From Neoechinorhynchus agilis (Eukaryota; Animalia; Acanthocephala): DNA of 64,000 bases. This document shows, one piece after another, positions 11,897-25,330 of the stretch. The DNA lies in NCBI GenBank assembly GCA_051530055.1, contig CM121341.1, positions 17,958,784 through 18,022,783 on the forward strand, written 5' to 3'. Position numbers and translations under genes: made by a program. Every line of letters begins with the position of its first letter. Positions within the stretch are counted from its first letter, which is position 1. The notes beneath the pieces are model-generated. The model did no database searches. It saw only the letters and a program-made list of their open reading frames with translations, and was not told where the DNA came from.

Positions 11897-12510
11897 CAAA
11901 AGTAATTCGATTGGCCCACAATTAAGAATCGAAAACTGGCAGAGGTTGTACATTCCATAGTTGTGCTGAGGTGATCAAGTGGATTAAAAGCTCCTAATCC
12001 TAGTTTCGATTAAAGGTTTCGAATCCATTACCGCCGATGACGCACAACCAAAGGGATCGAAATACTGATGAAAGGAGGGAACTCAATGATGAATCCCGCT
12101 TCCTGGAGGTATGTAAGAATCCGGAGAGATGTACAAACTTTTTACTGTTATGGTTCAAGGTATTAAGTGATTTTATACGATTCCCTGGCCCAGATCGGTG
12201 GGCTGTGTGCCCAAAAGGAAAATTATCAGCCGTGAAAAATGTTCATATATGTTTATCTTCATCTCTAATATTCGACGGATCCCTTCTACTAATGCTCCGG
12301 TATTACCCATGTGAGTGTAAACGTAAACAATATCCACTATTCATCTGATTAAATAAATCCGTTTTTTACTAGCCTTGCTATCATAATAGCTATGTACTCA
12401 TTAGACCGTAAATCTTGTCGTTCTATTAACTGACCTCTAACCTTTCATAACGATGCTTACACTAAGAATGAAATTAGAATTTTGTAAAAATGTTCATCAT
12501 TTACTTTTTT

Positions 12511-12654
12511 ATAGCGAATTATAATAATTGATTGATTTATTTGATAATTTTCGGTCTTCGCGTAGGCCTTCTCTCGCGAAACAATAGACTGAAAAAGGCC
12601 TACGCGAAGGCCGAAAATTATCAAATCAATCAATCAATTATTGTAATTCGCTGT
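12511..12654. repeat. 60-bp-arm palindrome formed by two opposed Penelope hammerhead-bearing ends
   Basis: Arms 12511-12570 and 12595-12654 (4 mismatches). The right arm reads CTGAAAA-AGGCC(tacgcgaa)GGCC-GAAA-ATTA, the same family as the hammerhead-like motif at 34315. Confidence 0.8.
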
Positions 12655-13141
12655 AACAAAGGAAATTAGAATTGTAGCGTGAAGTGAGAGTCAATAATAA
12701 GCGTTGCCATATTAGCGCCACTTAATTTTTATATACAAGGCCCATTTAATCGAAACGTCGGTATTGTAACCTTCTGGACAACACCTTGAAAGTCCGCTGC
12801 ACTAGTTGTTTGCTGACTTGTTTAGGATCTGTTCATTTGACGACTTCATGAACGCATACAATCTACTGATAAAATTATTCTTTTGACGACCATCCCGCTA
12901 AGAAACTTGAGATGTTCAGTTAAACATAATACCCACCAAAACTTATTATGCTTGAAATTAAGTGTGCAGTGGCATGAAAGGTTGAGAATAAGAGTATCAC
13001 TGGTAAAAGACCCTCGAACGTGAGAAATAACATCACGAAAATTCTCCTATTGGGCGTTTTGACTTTTTATCGTGTTTTCATAAGCAAATGTAAAACACCG
13101 TTTGGTAACATATTTCACAATTTCAAAGATTATATATTTCA

Positions 13142-15518
13142 TCATACAATAAGGCAGCACTTGTTTTCCTTCTGGCGATTGGAACGGGATTCAAACAGTA
13201 ACGGAATGTTGCCACTGCCATTCATGGTACTTCCCACATCATTATTATGCTCCACAGTTGCAAAATCTTCTTTTTGTGCTGACGAATTCTTTGTTTCAGT
13301 GGACTCTACAGATGCAATCGAACCTTCCTATTACAGAACTCCTAATGCCATACACAATTTTTGACTAATTTACTAACCTCGCTTTTATCTATAAGTGAAT
13401 CTTCCCTCGAAATTACAAAATGAAAATCGTCATCGTGTTTTCGAATTCTTTTATTTTCACGGAGACTGTACCGGCGAACATTATTACGAGCTGACATCAG
13501 ATCACTACAGTCCAATGCTTTTTATTCTGTAACAAACACAAGGTGCCTTACCTCTCTCTGAGTGGAAGCGTCTTTCGACGTTTCATATCTGCTGTTCGAT
13601 TATGCGAAGCAAAATTGAACATCCATTGTCTAACTTCGTAGTCACAGCAAAGATCGAATGCGTTTAGACCAGTATCAGTTTGCCTTTCGGGATTCGCTCC
13701 GTTTTTCAATAACAGCTCAACCATTCGTTGCTTACATTATGGACACGTTTTAACTGGCGAATCATATTAATGCGATTTATGACTTACATGCGAAAAATAA
13801 ACGGCAACGTGAAGAGGCGTCCAGTTCTGGTCGTCCGTTGGATCAATTTCTGCTCCACTCGAGATAAGAAAATTGGCCAATTTGAGAAAATTGTATGCAG
13901 CAGCCACATGTAACTAAAATAGACACATAGGAAGCACGGGCGGTGAACCTTAAATTATAAGGAAAGTTGGGTCAGCATTTAGATAACTGAATGGAAAGAC
14001 GTATCGATTGCAAAATGAAAGGGCTTAAAGTTTCTCATGTGCCGAACTGACCCTTGTGTGGATAATTAGTGCATACAATTCCCAAAATCGATGCGTAATT
14101 TCTACGATATGGACAAGTAAAAACCATTTTTCGAATTTTCGATTTTTAGAAAGAGATGCTGAACTTTTTAATATAATGACTTCGATTGATTTACACTACT
14201 TTTGGCAAAATGTAAAATTTATTGTGGACACTGATCCGCTATTGTAATGAAATATTAAATCTTAATCATTCTTAACATGCCTTAGACAATAACAAAATTT
14301 GTAGGATTCATTGCAACTAAACATAAAAATATTTTACTAGAAAATTCAGGGAGGAAAATACATCCAACGAATTTATATTTAAATCGTTGACACATGTGAA
14401 GTGAGCATGATAGAAACTTCAGCAAAGCGAGGATTTCTTACAAACTTAAAAAAGACATGACGTTTGGTAGTTAGAACAATCTTATGATTGGATGAGTATT
14501 CAAATCGAATAAGTTCGCAGTTTTATCAAATGAAGTAATCTAAACGAAAATTACAAATTTGCGCATATTGCTAATAAAACAATTGTCATAAATATCAGCA
14601 ATGTGCACTGAAATAAAATAATTTTGAACAGGGAAACCTCAATTTTGTTCTCAAAGTTAATCTATTTTGAAGATCGTCTAACCTAATGTTCATCCTTCAT
14701 TATCCAAACGCCTTCATAACTTACATGAGTTGCATTCTGTTCATCTACCCGTTCAATTAAAACATTGATTTCTGGTCTTGCTTTAATTCGTTTTCGGATT
14801 CGATTCAAGTATTTGTTCTCCGGAACTTGCCTAATGTCCTCCAACTCTTCCATTGTAATCCCTGTCTTATTGTCATCAAAAGTCATTTTATCGGGGATCC
14901 TACCTTTTTCTGATAAAAGAGGTGTTACAAAAGTCAGTGCGTCGTCGTCATTGCTGACTTCGAATGGGAAATTCCTCTCGTGATCGAGAGAAAGAAGGTT
15001 AGCCCCATTTTCAATCAACGTCTTGACCATTCCTAATCGACTACACGCGAACGCTGCGTGCAATGGTGTCCATCCATCGTTATCCTCGATATTTATATTT
15101 GCCCCATTGTCCAACAGGAGTTTTAAGATATCTGAACGATCTCCAAGGCTGCACTAGCACACATAGTGGGGCCCCACTTAGCAATGTATTCGATGAAAGG
15201 ACTTAAACCACATACCTGATGTATAGCAGTGAATCCATCGGCGTTTGCAATGTTCGGAGAAACACCTTCCTCCATCAGTTGTCTAACTTCATTTACATCT
15301 CCACGTTGAACTGCGTCGAGGAGCACTTCCACCGAGACAAACCGAATTTTACTTGATTTTGCTTGCTTCGAATTCCCTCTATCCGCATAACCAGCTTCTA
15401 AGCACGACCATTTCTTTAGTTGCTGAAGACGTCTTTTCCGTGCATGTTGGATCCGCTTCTCCGCTGTCATTTGTAAGACAACCGGCATTTCGGCGATTAA
15501 GTCATCGTGGTCCGCCAT
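13142..15518 (-). CDS. PPP1R16: Protein phosphatase 1 regulatory subunit 16 (MYPT3/TIMAP/MYPT-75D-like), ankyrin repeats + C-terminal CaaX
   Basis: Exons 15518-15216, 15153-14904, 14861-14725, 13913-13788, 13730-13552, 13504-13378, 13327-13142, all GT-AG. N-terminal MADHDDLIAEMPVVLQMTAEKRIQHARKRRLQQLKKW, PP1-docking-like KIRF, ankyrin repeats (DGWTPLHAA, NWTPLHVAV), ends KCCLIV*. Confidence 0.9.
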
Positions 15519-18500
15519 TCAGGTCATTCAATTATTTTACAGCTACACGGAACAGAGAAGGGAAAGGAATGGAATGTTAACGCAGTTCTGGTTAGAGAAA
15601 TATTGTCTTTGGTCTCGGAACGAGGAATGTTCCATCGCTTTTGCGTCCTGATCTGAATCCCGTCTGGATAACAGTGAGTAAAACCGCGATATATATATAT
15701 ATATCTGTCGGTCTTAAAAATATTAGTTAAAAACTCTATGATCGGAGATTCGAGAAGGCAATATTAAGCACCTGTAGTAATAAACAATCTGAATTGTACT
15801 TTAAATGAAAATTTATCTCGATTTTAAATACAACTTTTCTTATAAATCATTAAAAATAAGATGATATAAGTTAAGATATGAGTCCGTTTTTATTTAGGTA
15901 TAACCAAAAATTATTTCCTTCTACCTAGATACTATACACACAAAACTAACAGTGTGGTTTCAGAAAATCGAAGGTTACGCAAAAGGATATTAATCTGTGG
16001 CCTTAGTTAGAATTCATTAATAAAATTAGTCAAAATACGTTCCTATGTAAATTAACATTGAGCTAGTTATCCTTTAAAACACACACATTTAAACTAATTT
16101 CTAACAATTCTTGCACACTACAGCCAAAGAAGTCGTAGTATAAAAAACTTGAGAACAATCAAACTTTAAAAGTCAGTCCTTCATGCCAATAATAGCACAC
16201 AGTTACGAGATTGGCGAACAAAAGATATGTTAAACAAATATTCAAAAAGCACTCAATCAATCTCTTATCAGCGTTGAGGAAAAATTCGTTTTTCGATTTT
16301 GCTTGTACTTTTGTAAATAATTGAAACTAACATATTTGAACAATAAATTTATTCATAGTTGTATCGTAATTTTTTGAAAAAATATTCGCAAAAAGTTAAA
16401 AAAAAATCAATGGATACAAAAATAGACGGAGGTTTCTAAGTACAAAACACATGAGTCCTAGAACAAGATAAATTTTGCCGATTTGTATTCAAAGATACTT
16501 TCAGGAGCAGTAAAAATACCACTTTTTCGTTTTTGATTATCAAAGTATTCATTAACTAAGTTTATAACACTAGAGCTTCGAGTATATTGAAATTAAAATT
16601 GAAATTTTACTTAAAAAGACTGCCTAGCTGCTCAATCGTAGTGTTTTACAATCAAAATAATTCCTAGTGAATGTAACAAGCGCCAGATACATCGAAATAC
16701 GGACAGAACGATTATTGCACCAGAAATCCTCAATAACAACATTGTTCAATTTTTCACAACAGTGACTGTGTTTAAGCGTAAAATTTAAAAATGCTGGGAA
16801 CTTCCAACAAGTCACTCTTTAGTTTAAGCTTGCTTGACTGATCGAAAACATTTCTGTACCACGAAATTTTTCGTTGCTCCCAGAAAATTTCGCGGCATGT
16901 AAGTTAATTACTTGGTTTCTTGAACAATGCCCGAAACACGAAGATTGAAAGATTAGAATTTTTAACATTATCTCAACATTTAATCAAAACAGTTCTTTAA
17001 CTCTATTAAGTACTGATATTATCTACCACAATCTTTTAATGATATTAAAACGCCTAAAATATTTTCAGAAGATCTATCAAATTTGACGTTATTATTTCGG
17101 GCACTCGGTAAAAAATAGTTAAGATGCTCAAATTGTGTATAACGTTTAATTATCCAATTGTATGGTGTTTAAATGCAATCGAAATGTAAAAATGTTCTAG
17201 TCCTTTACTGGGCAATGCAGAATATCAACCACTCAGAGGACACCTATATACTCACTACAAGGCACAAAACGCAGAAGTTTCCTTCACTGCTCATTTCAAC
17301 AAAACGACTGCGCCTCTTGTATGTTGAGGCTGAGCAAACAGTACTCTGTTTAAAGGCTGTCACCTCGGTGTTAAATTTCGACTAGAAGTTCAATTGTCTT
17401 TAGTTCTCTCATGCTCATCTCCTTCAAATTCAATTATTATTCGTCGACAGTCTCGGTAGGGAAACTGATACGTCGATGTCAACAATCTTAGTATAATAAT
17501 AAGACGATTTATCCTTTTTTGGGTAAACACTAAACTTTCGACCGTCGTGGAACTACTCGGATTAAAATAATCAGAAAGGGAGTCGCTAAAATTCACACTT
17601 CACAAACTAGAAAAATCGACGACATAAGGATTGCTAAGATACTGAACTTAATTAAAATCAAATTTGGGAACCATTCAAAGGGGTTTCAAAGTGTGAAACT
17701 TCTTTTTAGCCATTTAGATGCAAAGTCTTAACAGAATTTCGGATATTAATATGAATAATTATTCACTCTAACTTTCATCCGTCCTTGAGGTTTGATATTC
17801 GCATTTTATAAAGAAACCTAGAGACTTTCCAAATCGTTCATCGTGCATGAGAAGCGTTCTGATATTCAGGCCCTAAATATTTTGCCCGTAACATAAAAAT
17901 AGAGCGATTTGTTCAAAAATTCGTAGTTTTCTTCACAAACATTTCTTCAACAAAACACGAAATTAGTTGAAAATTCCTATCACCACAAGAAACGTTTTGC
18001 GTCTGTTACTAAAAAAATACTATTCTGAGATTAGCTTCAGATCAAGACGATGCGAGAAACAAGCTCTCGTGGTGACCGCGAAAACGCCCAAGATTCCCAC
18101 CACTTTCCCCAGGCATTTGCCTTTCACCAGATAAGGAGCAATTTAGGAACTGATATTTTATCGCTTCACATGTCGCTCGGATGCCGGTTTATCGCGAGTA
18201 TATTTACCGTTACCATGAGACGGATGTGTGTCACATGACAGGAAAGCTGCAGATGATTTCAGTAAAAGGATGACGAATGGGACGGATAAAGACATTATCT
18301 AGTAACAACATTGATGAACGTACATTGCCATCAATGTCTAAGTCAATTTACCCGCATGCCCAAAAGCTTATTTGAATCTTTTACACGACTCTAAGACGGT
18401 CATTACCTCTCGTTATGCGTCGGGATTTAAGGAAATGTTCAAAGACTTGAGTACACTCTTTACAGTAGTCGTTTGGTTGTGTCAAATTTTATACATTCAT

Positions 18501-20278
18501 CTCGTCTGTGATAATAACGCCAAAGGATGACGAGTTTGGTTGTCGTAGAAAGATTGAGTCACTTTTCCCAAAAGCCAAAGAACAAAGCAGTACTCAAAGC
18601 AATAATTTTGTGTTTTCTTACACTACAAAAGTACTCAAACATTAATTCGAACTTTAACAAATTTCTTTTCGTAGATTTTAGCAATAATAAAGTGAATCGG
18701 TGATCATGAAGAAAATATAGGGCGCCTCAACATAATGGTTTTAAAGATGACAAAGATAATTCTTGAATAAGTAATCAATCCAGCTATTTTTTTAGGTCGA
18801 CTGGTTTATAATATAAGTGAAAATATTTATGAAGATATTCCGAAAATAATTTTTCATTTCTAGACAAGTGCGGATAATGAAAAACTCTTTATGCGAAACC
18901 ATTCTCAATAATTGACTTTTTTAAATCGTTGCTTAATTTGTCATGCGTACTGCGAGATGTAACTCACATAAAGGGCAAAATAATGAGGAAATTGTGTTAA
19001 AACATGTTGTTAATGTATCTTCTGCAAAGCAAGAATATCACCGAAACGGCATATTTGACATTTTGTTGCTAATTCTTAAAGTCAATAGTTCTCCATCGGC
19101 GCAACAAGACGAATATACTAGAAAAGAATCAGATGAATATGAAAAGAGGCCTAATAAGCTACTTAAACATGTCACTCAGCTTCAAAAGCTCAAATGACGG
19201 GTCTTTTAATTGAAGCGAGGAACACGATGTTATTAGATTCATATATGGCCTTTGTAATTACATGAACTTTTAATACTGTCCTTAAGAAAATTGTAGAAAC
19301 CATTCGATATTAATTAGCTTTTCCAATTAATTATCCAGCAATTTTAAATATCGGAAATTAAGCCTTTTTCGGTGTAACTTATATAATCATGTTAAGAGCG
19401 CCATTTATTTTTGGACGATACAGACCCGACGGATGAAAATTCAGTACCCTAAAAATTGTTGTTACTTTTGGAAGTGAAATTGCATGGTAACGTTTTTCAA
19501 AATTACGCTTTCTGTGATCCTATTGTACATTTACCTTTTGGAGAGAGATCAGTGCAAGAATATTCAACGGTGAAAATTTCCAGCAAGGAAAATAGTTTGT
19601 TTGTATTTAATAATCTTCCGGCTGCTTACTAAAATGGCAAGCAAGTGGCATCAAGAAACAAGATCTGTACACAAATCTCTTTTGGCAGCTTGCAGCCACC
19701 AACTTGAGAACGCTAAATGCAAGTGCATTCTGTGAGCAGCGTCCACGATGTTCCAGCCCGTATAACACTTAAATGTGTCCTTATACTCCTAATTGATGCT
19801 AATATTTGAGGAAAATGAACATTAAAAAACCTCGCGTAGAATCGCAATATTCTACGAACTCATATTCTGCAAGATACAAATCAAGTCTATCGGCTATGCT
19901 GGCCACTCTTTAACAAGAGAGAATCTGACGACAATTTAGAAAGGGTAGTTAAAGAGCGAATTTGAAGGAAAAAAATAAAAGTAGCGTTAGAGGATGCATT
20001 ATGTTCGATTAACTTTACATATAAAAAGGACTTTCAGGACGAAATTAATTGCTTGATTTCAGGACCACTACGAGTTATTAATCGATTGACAACCGGAGGC
20101 CAAATGATTGAAGTACACTGCTGACTTACCTTAGGTTCCAGGAAATGTGGAAAGTCGATACAAACCACCATACTTGCGAGTTGTTTTTAATGTCCATACA
20201 TAATGGTGGGTTGGGGTGCGTATGCTACTAGTAACCCATTCCCCTTCCCAACGGTCGATCTGAAGAATGTTTTAATGA

Positions 20279-22983
20279 CTAAAGGCGACTGACGCGTAGA
20301 CTGAGTAAGTCGCCCACTTCACTACAAGCTTCTAGGACCTAATGTGCACACATAAGAGTTTTAGAAGAGTCGAAAATAAACTGACCTGGTCAAGCACTTC
20401 TCGGGTATGACAAGCAGATATGCAAAATCGAACCCTTGCAAGTGTTAGAGGCGTCGCCGGGAATCCAACTGTCACTACAGCAATTCCTCTTTTTAAGAGC
20501 TCACGATTGAACGCCCTAATGATTTTATGGATCTATTTTCGTGAATAAAAAAGGCCTCACGCGATCTTTGATGTCATGAACAGCATCACGGGAACAACGG
20601 GTGATTCATCGTCACCGTAGACAATGAATTTCATCTCCCGCAGACGACGTCGAAAGTACGTTGTATTCAATGCGAGCTGAGATATTCTACGGGGACCTAT
20701 GCGAGAAAAATGCTCTCAAAAACATCCATGGAACTCTGCTCACCTTCACCGACATTCACTCGGTTATCGATGACGTCCATACATGTGATTATCTGCTGTA
20801 TTATGACAGGACTCATTGAACTCGCATATAATTGCGCATAACTATGTGTTCTAAGATGCCTCACAATTTCCTAACGGCCATTTCGATCATAATCATACAA
20901 ACAACAGTATTCTAACTTTTCGACCTGCAATATATCCACCGGATGCACTAAAACTTTTGGTAAATGTCCCCATTAGAATGTCAATATCTGTTGTTGAACA
21001 TCCGTGATAGTCACAAACCCCACGGCCGCGACAACCAATAGCACCAATGGAATGAGCCTCGTCCAGATAAATGTAGAATTTATACTTCTTCCTTAACTCA
21101 ATAATTTGCTTCAATGGAACTATGGTACCTTCCATGCTAGGAACAACGCAGAATTGATTTTTAGAAGGCTTTGATCAAATTGATCGAAATTCATTAGTAC
21201 GATCAATGGCGGCCCTGACCACAGATCGTATTCCCATGCCTGTAAGGATCCCGAGAAAAATAAACTAAAGTTTCTTGTCGCAAAATGAAGTTCTTAAATT
21301 CAGCGACAAGACGTCAATCTTTATTTTACTCAATGTAAAATAAATGCGTGTGTTTACGCCCTTTGTAAAATTTTCATGGAATATATTGATTTCATTTCTA
21401 ATACATATCTAACCAAAGATACAAGAAATGTGATCTCTCTAATAAAATAAACGGATATCATTGCTCTATTTTCATTTGAGACGCCGCAACCTGGTTCTAA
21501 AACTAATATAGAATACCTATAAATTCCTTCGACAACGACCAATATCTTCTTCCAAGGTCTATGAGTTCGTGGTTGTCCATAAACTATTGCTTCCCTCAAT
21601 TTTGTTTCCAAATCATTCACGTCTGATCATGTTATCAAGAAGCAAAATTAGAACTGCAACTCACCGCAATGTTTAAACGGACAAATAGTAGCTTGGGACA
21701 GTCTGCATCCAAGTACAATTGAAGAGTGATTAAACTCGTCGCTGAGTACTAAGCATCCCTATTTTTAAGAGACAAGACATGAAAGGGTCAAAATGATGGT
21801 ACTGTGATTTTATTGCCTTTAAAATAAGTTCAGAGTATATCTTCCTCTTAAGAAAAAATTACGAGAATATTTATATTTTTGTGACACTGTCTTAGTCGAT
21901 TACCAATGGAATCGCCCGACTGCCTCAGGAAACGTTTCGTTCAAAGTTAAGAAGAAATACCTGTTGTACAAGACACGGAATATTGGTTGAATTTGTAGCA
22001 AATCCCATTCCAAAGACCAAAGCATCTTCTACGCCCAAAAAGTTAGCGACCCGCTTCTCAATCTTTCTATGCAAGACAGTACATCCTTAAGAACATTCGG
22101 CTTTAAAATAGATTCTTATTGTGATACTGACCGATTTCAGAATATGAACTACATGTAGCCACGCCGTAATTATGAATAACTTCCTTTACGGCATTCACGC
22201 AAACTCCTCGATTTTCAGCGAATCCAAGGTAGTTATATGATCCGAGATTGATGACCTTTTTCAGCTTTCCAGTCGTCCTTTAATGTAGGGTCCATAGTGA
22301 TACCAAAAAGTCTTATTTTAAACTCATAAAAAGCAAATACACATTTTAATTTTTGTTACTTTGTTTTCTCGTTGCAAGAAGAGTTCACAACCAATGACTC
22401 ACGGAGAGTACATGACTCAAATCTCGCTCTAATGTCATGATGGTAAATTTTCGGCAGTATCTTAACGGCGGCTACAAATGGAAGAATATCTTCAGGGCGA
22501 CATTCATTAGATAAATGGATCGCCAATTTTCGTCAGAAGGTAATGCACAAAATAAAAATAACAAATCCAATCTTTTTGTCACATAAATAGACTATCGAAT
22601 TTAAGTCTTAGATTCAATACGTTATGTAGTCAAAGAAACCCTGAATCTTACTTAAATGACCAGTTATAGTCATCAGAGTACCGCTCACATAACTCCATTT
22701 CTACTCCCGGTGTAGATCCAATTGGACGTGAGAAACAGTCCCGTACTCGAAAGTATATGTTTCGGGTGTAGAAGCTTTCAAAACTCTGATAAAGCGGAAC
22801 AAATCCATTTCGACTTTTATCCACGGCTCCTCTTCGCTTCTCTATGTATAATAACCGAAGAATGTCCCGAAACATGCCGAAGATGTAAAGAACCAGGAAG
22901 TTGAGGTATGTGAAAAGTGCTGTAAATAGCGGAGGCTCCTCCATTTTGCGCCCACTGCCACAATTTAAGGTTTCAGATGCCAT
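20279..22983 (-). CDS. SPTLC2: Serine palmitoyltransferase, LCB2/SPTLC2-type subunit
   Basis: 10 exons, 9 GT-AG introns. Motifs [80 protein letters not shown]-lysine motif [32 protein letters not shown]. Confidence 0.95.
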
Positions 22984-23319
22984 TAAATGCCAAATCGAAC
23001 TTACGATTATCGGCTAACGATTAAGTTACCAATCACTCTTCTTCCGTATGCAATTCGATTTCGTCACTAAATACATTCTAAAGGTTAGCTAATCGAAAGA
23101 TACAATAAATTTTGCCATATAAAAACATAAATAATTCGATCTTTAAACATTTTGAATCCTGTATTATATAAACACGTTTTATGAAAAATGCAGGATCCAC
23201 ACACTTGCCAGCATCTATCTTTGCTAAACGGTGTCTGGATGACGGATGTTAAAGGCAAGGGAGGTGGGACTTCTTGAATTCTCTTATGACTCGTAACTTT
23301 AACTTAGCGCACTTGATAA

Positions 23320-23610
23320 CTTTATTCCGTGGAAAATTTCAGCCTCGCAATCCAACGAGGAAATGCGGTCAGCGTCCGGGGGACGATTTAATCATTTTAA
23401 AATAAATTGTAGAAAATTAAAAAAAAATTTCATAAACTAAAATCTTGTCAGAGTCAACAATAAGTTTGAATTTGCGTATCCACCTTTGTTTGGCTTTTTA
23501 AACTTACAACGAGGCAATGCTGCTAGCGTGATAGCGACAGCCGAGGAATGAGAGAAGCTAAGATTTTGCGGACGATGGTGATTGCACGTTTTGGGCTTTA
23601 TTATTAATGA
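23320..23610 (+). mobile_element. Two short 3' fragments of CRE-like RLE retrotransposons
   Basis: SLAIQRGNAVSV-coding segment at about 23340-23380 and ACAACGAGGCAATGCTGCTAGCGTG...GATTTTGCGGACGATGGTGATTGCA at about 23505-23590, matching the end of the element at 28090-28180. Confidence 0.65.
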
Positions 23611-25330
23611 AAAGTTAACTTGTAAAAAACCTTTGGTAAAAAATGTTTTACTTAAAATTTTTTTCTTTAGTCTTCGTTTCTGAATCTTAAGCTTTGTTGG
23701 AAATGCAACTTTATTAATCTAAACCACGTTTTTATTTCTCTTCATTTTACTTGAAATTTGAACAATTGCCGGAAATCGCAATATAAAACGACAAATAACC
23801 GCATCTTGTACCAGTGAATGATTTTTCGTTCAACATTAAAACTAATTTTTAAATGTCTTTACTGGCAATCATGTTTTTATTGATTCTCACTTAGAGCATC
23901 CCCATCCTCGGTTTTTTGTTTTTTCTTCTTGACATGAAGCTACACCGGTTTCTTACATCAGAGAAGTGATTGAATCACTTAGATTCTGATGCGTGCGGTA
24001 AAACGTTTGTGCACCCCACTAGATCCTCAAATACTTCACGAGGAGGCGGGACTCATCAGCGAGTTTCCTCCCTTCAACAGTATTTCGTCCCCATTTGGTT
24101 GCGCGTCATTGATGATCGTGTGATTTGAACCAATGCAACCAGGGCTTGAGTCCACTGATCGGTATGGCTTCATGCCAAGAAGAAAAACTAAAAAGCCGAG
24201 AAAGGAAGGAATGTCATAAATTTGAATTAAGACTATTCCTTATAAAATGACTAAATGTGAATTTGTGACCAATATGAGATGTTGGTATAACTGTCGAAAA
24301 ATTTCTCCTATATCAACGATAGTCGAAAGTTGCTATCGATTTTGGTCCTTCTTAAATGTTGTACCTATTCATATTTGCTCCCGCAACTGGTATCATTTGA
24401 AATCGTAATTTCGGATGGTTGGACGAGCTTTTTTTGTTGATGTATTTGTAAAATTGATTTTGAATATTTGTGAGAAATTCATCTTAATAAACTTTGGTGT
24501 CTTGCAATTTATTTCCCTTTGAATTGAAAATTCGGAGTTCAGTTCCTAAACTAAAGTTGTCCATTGGAATCGCTGTAGGTTAAATTACTAGGTCAAATAC
24601 TTTAGTCGTCGCCATAAGGAGAAGTCTAATTAATTGAACGCAGCAAATGGTGATACGATTTTTAAAGTCTCATTTTGTCGACCAACTTTAAACGTACCTA
24701 AATTTCCATTGATTAAATTTACTAATTTTATGATTTTTTGTTTTTGCGAACTTTGATGCAATGTGGTTCGCATTCTGTGCGCCTTTAGCATTTACCCTTT
24801 GAATTTTCGGGAATTTCTCCATGGCATCCAATTCTGGTACGGTCGTTAATGCTGTAGAACTTTTGATTTCTTTTAAGCTTCTTAAGTCCACTCGAGCGTT
24901 AACTTCTATTTTTCGATTAGGATTATTTTAAGTAGATACATTAACGAGGTTAAAGACAATTATTTTCGTGAAAAATGTAATTTTTCAATTTTTTGGATTA
25001 CAGAATCCTTTCAATTCATTGATACTTTTAATCCCGTTACACTTAAAGTCCACAATTCCCAACCAAGTTCGCTCCAAAATTTTAATTTAAATGTGCAAGT
25101 CCACATTTTCGCATACATCATTTCGATATAGATTGTCTTTTTCTCACGCTCAATAATTTCGTCTGTATCTTTTGGAAATGTGCGCAATACACATCGCCCA
25201 CAAAATCCATTAGAGCGTTCAATAAAGGTAGTCCTTTGTAATTCAGTACGTGAACTTGTGTCAATCTTGGAAATACCTTTTAAGATTGATTGAAATTCCC
25301 CGAAGTGATATGCCAAATACAAACAGTTCC

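Noticed and set aside
15164-15180. Palindrome AGTGGGGCCCCACT inside PPP1R16 intron 1
   Set aside because: Intron is canonical GT-AG and the palindrome is loopless and internal, unlike the end-joining stems.
17390-19200. Several 60-85 aa ORFs between PPP1R16 and SPTLC2
   Set aside because: No motifs, no consistent splice structure; compatible with chance or decayed repeats.
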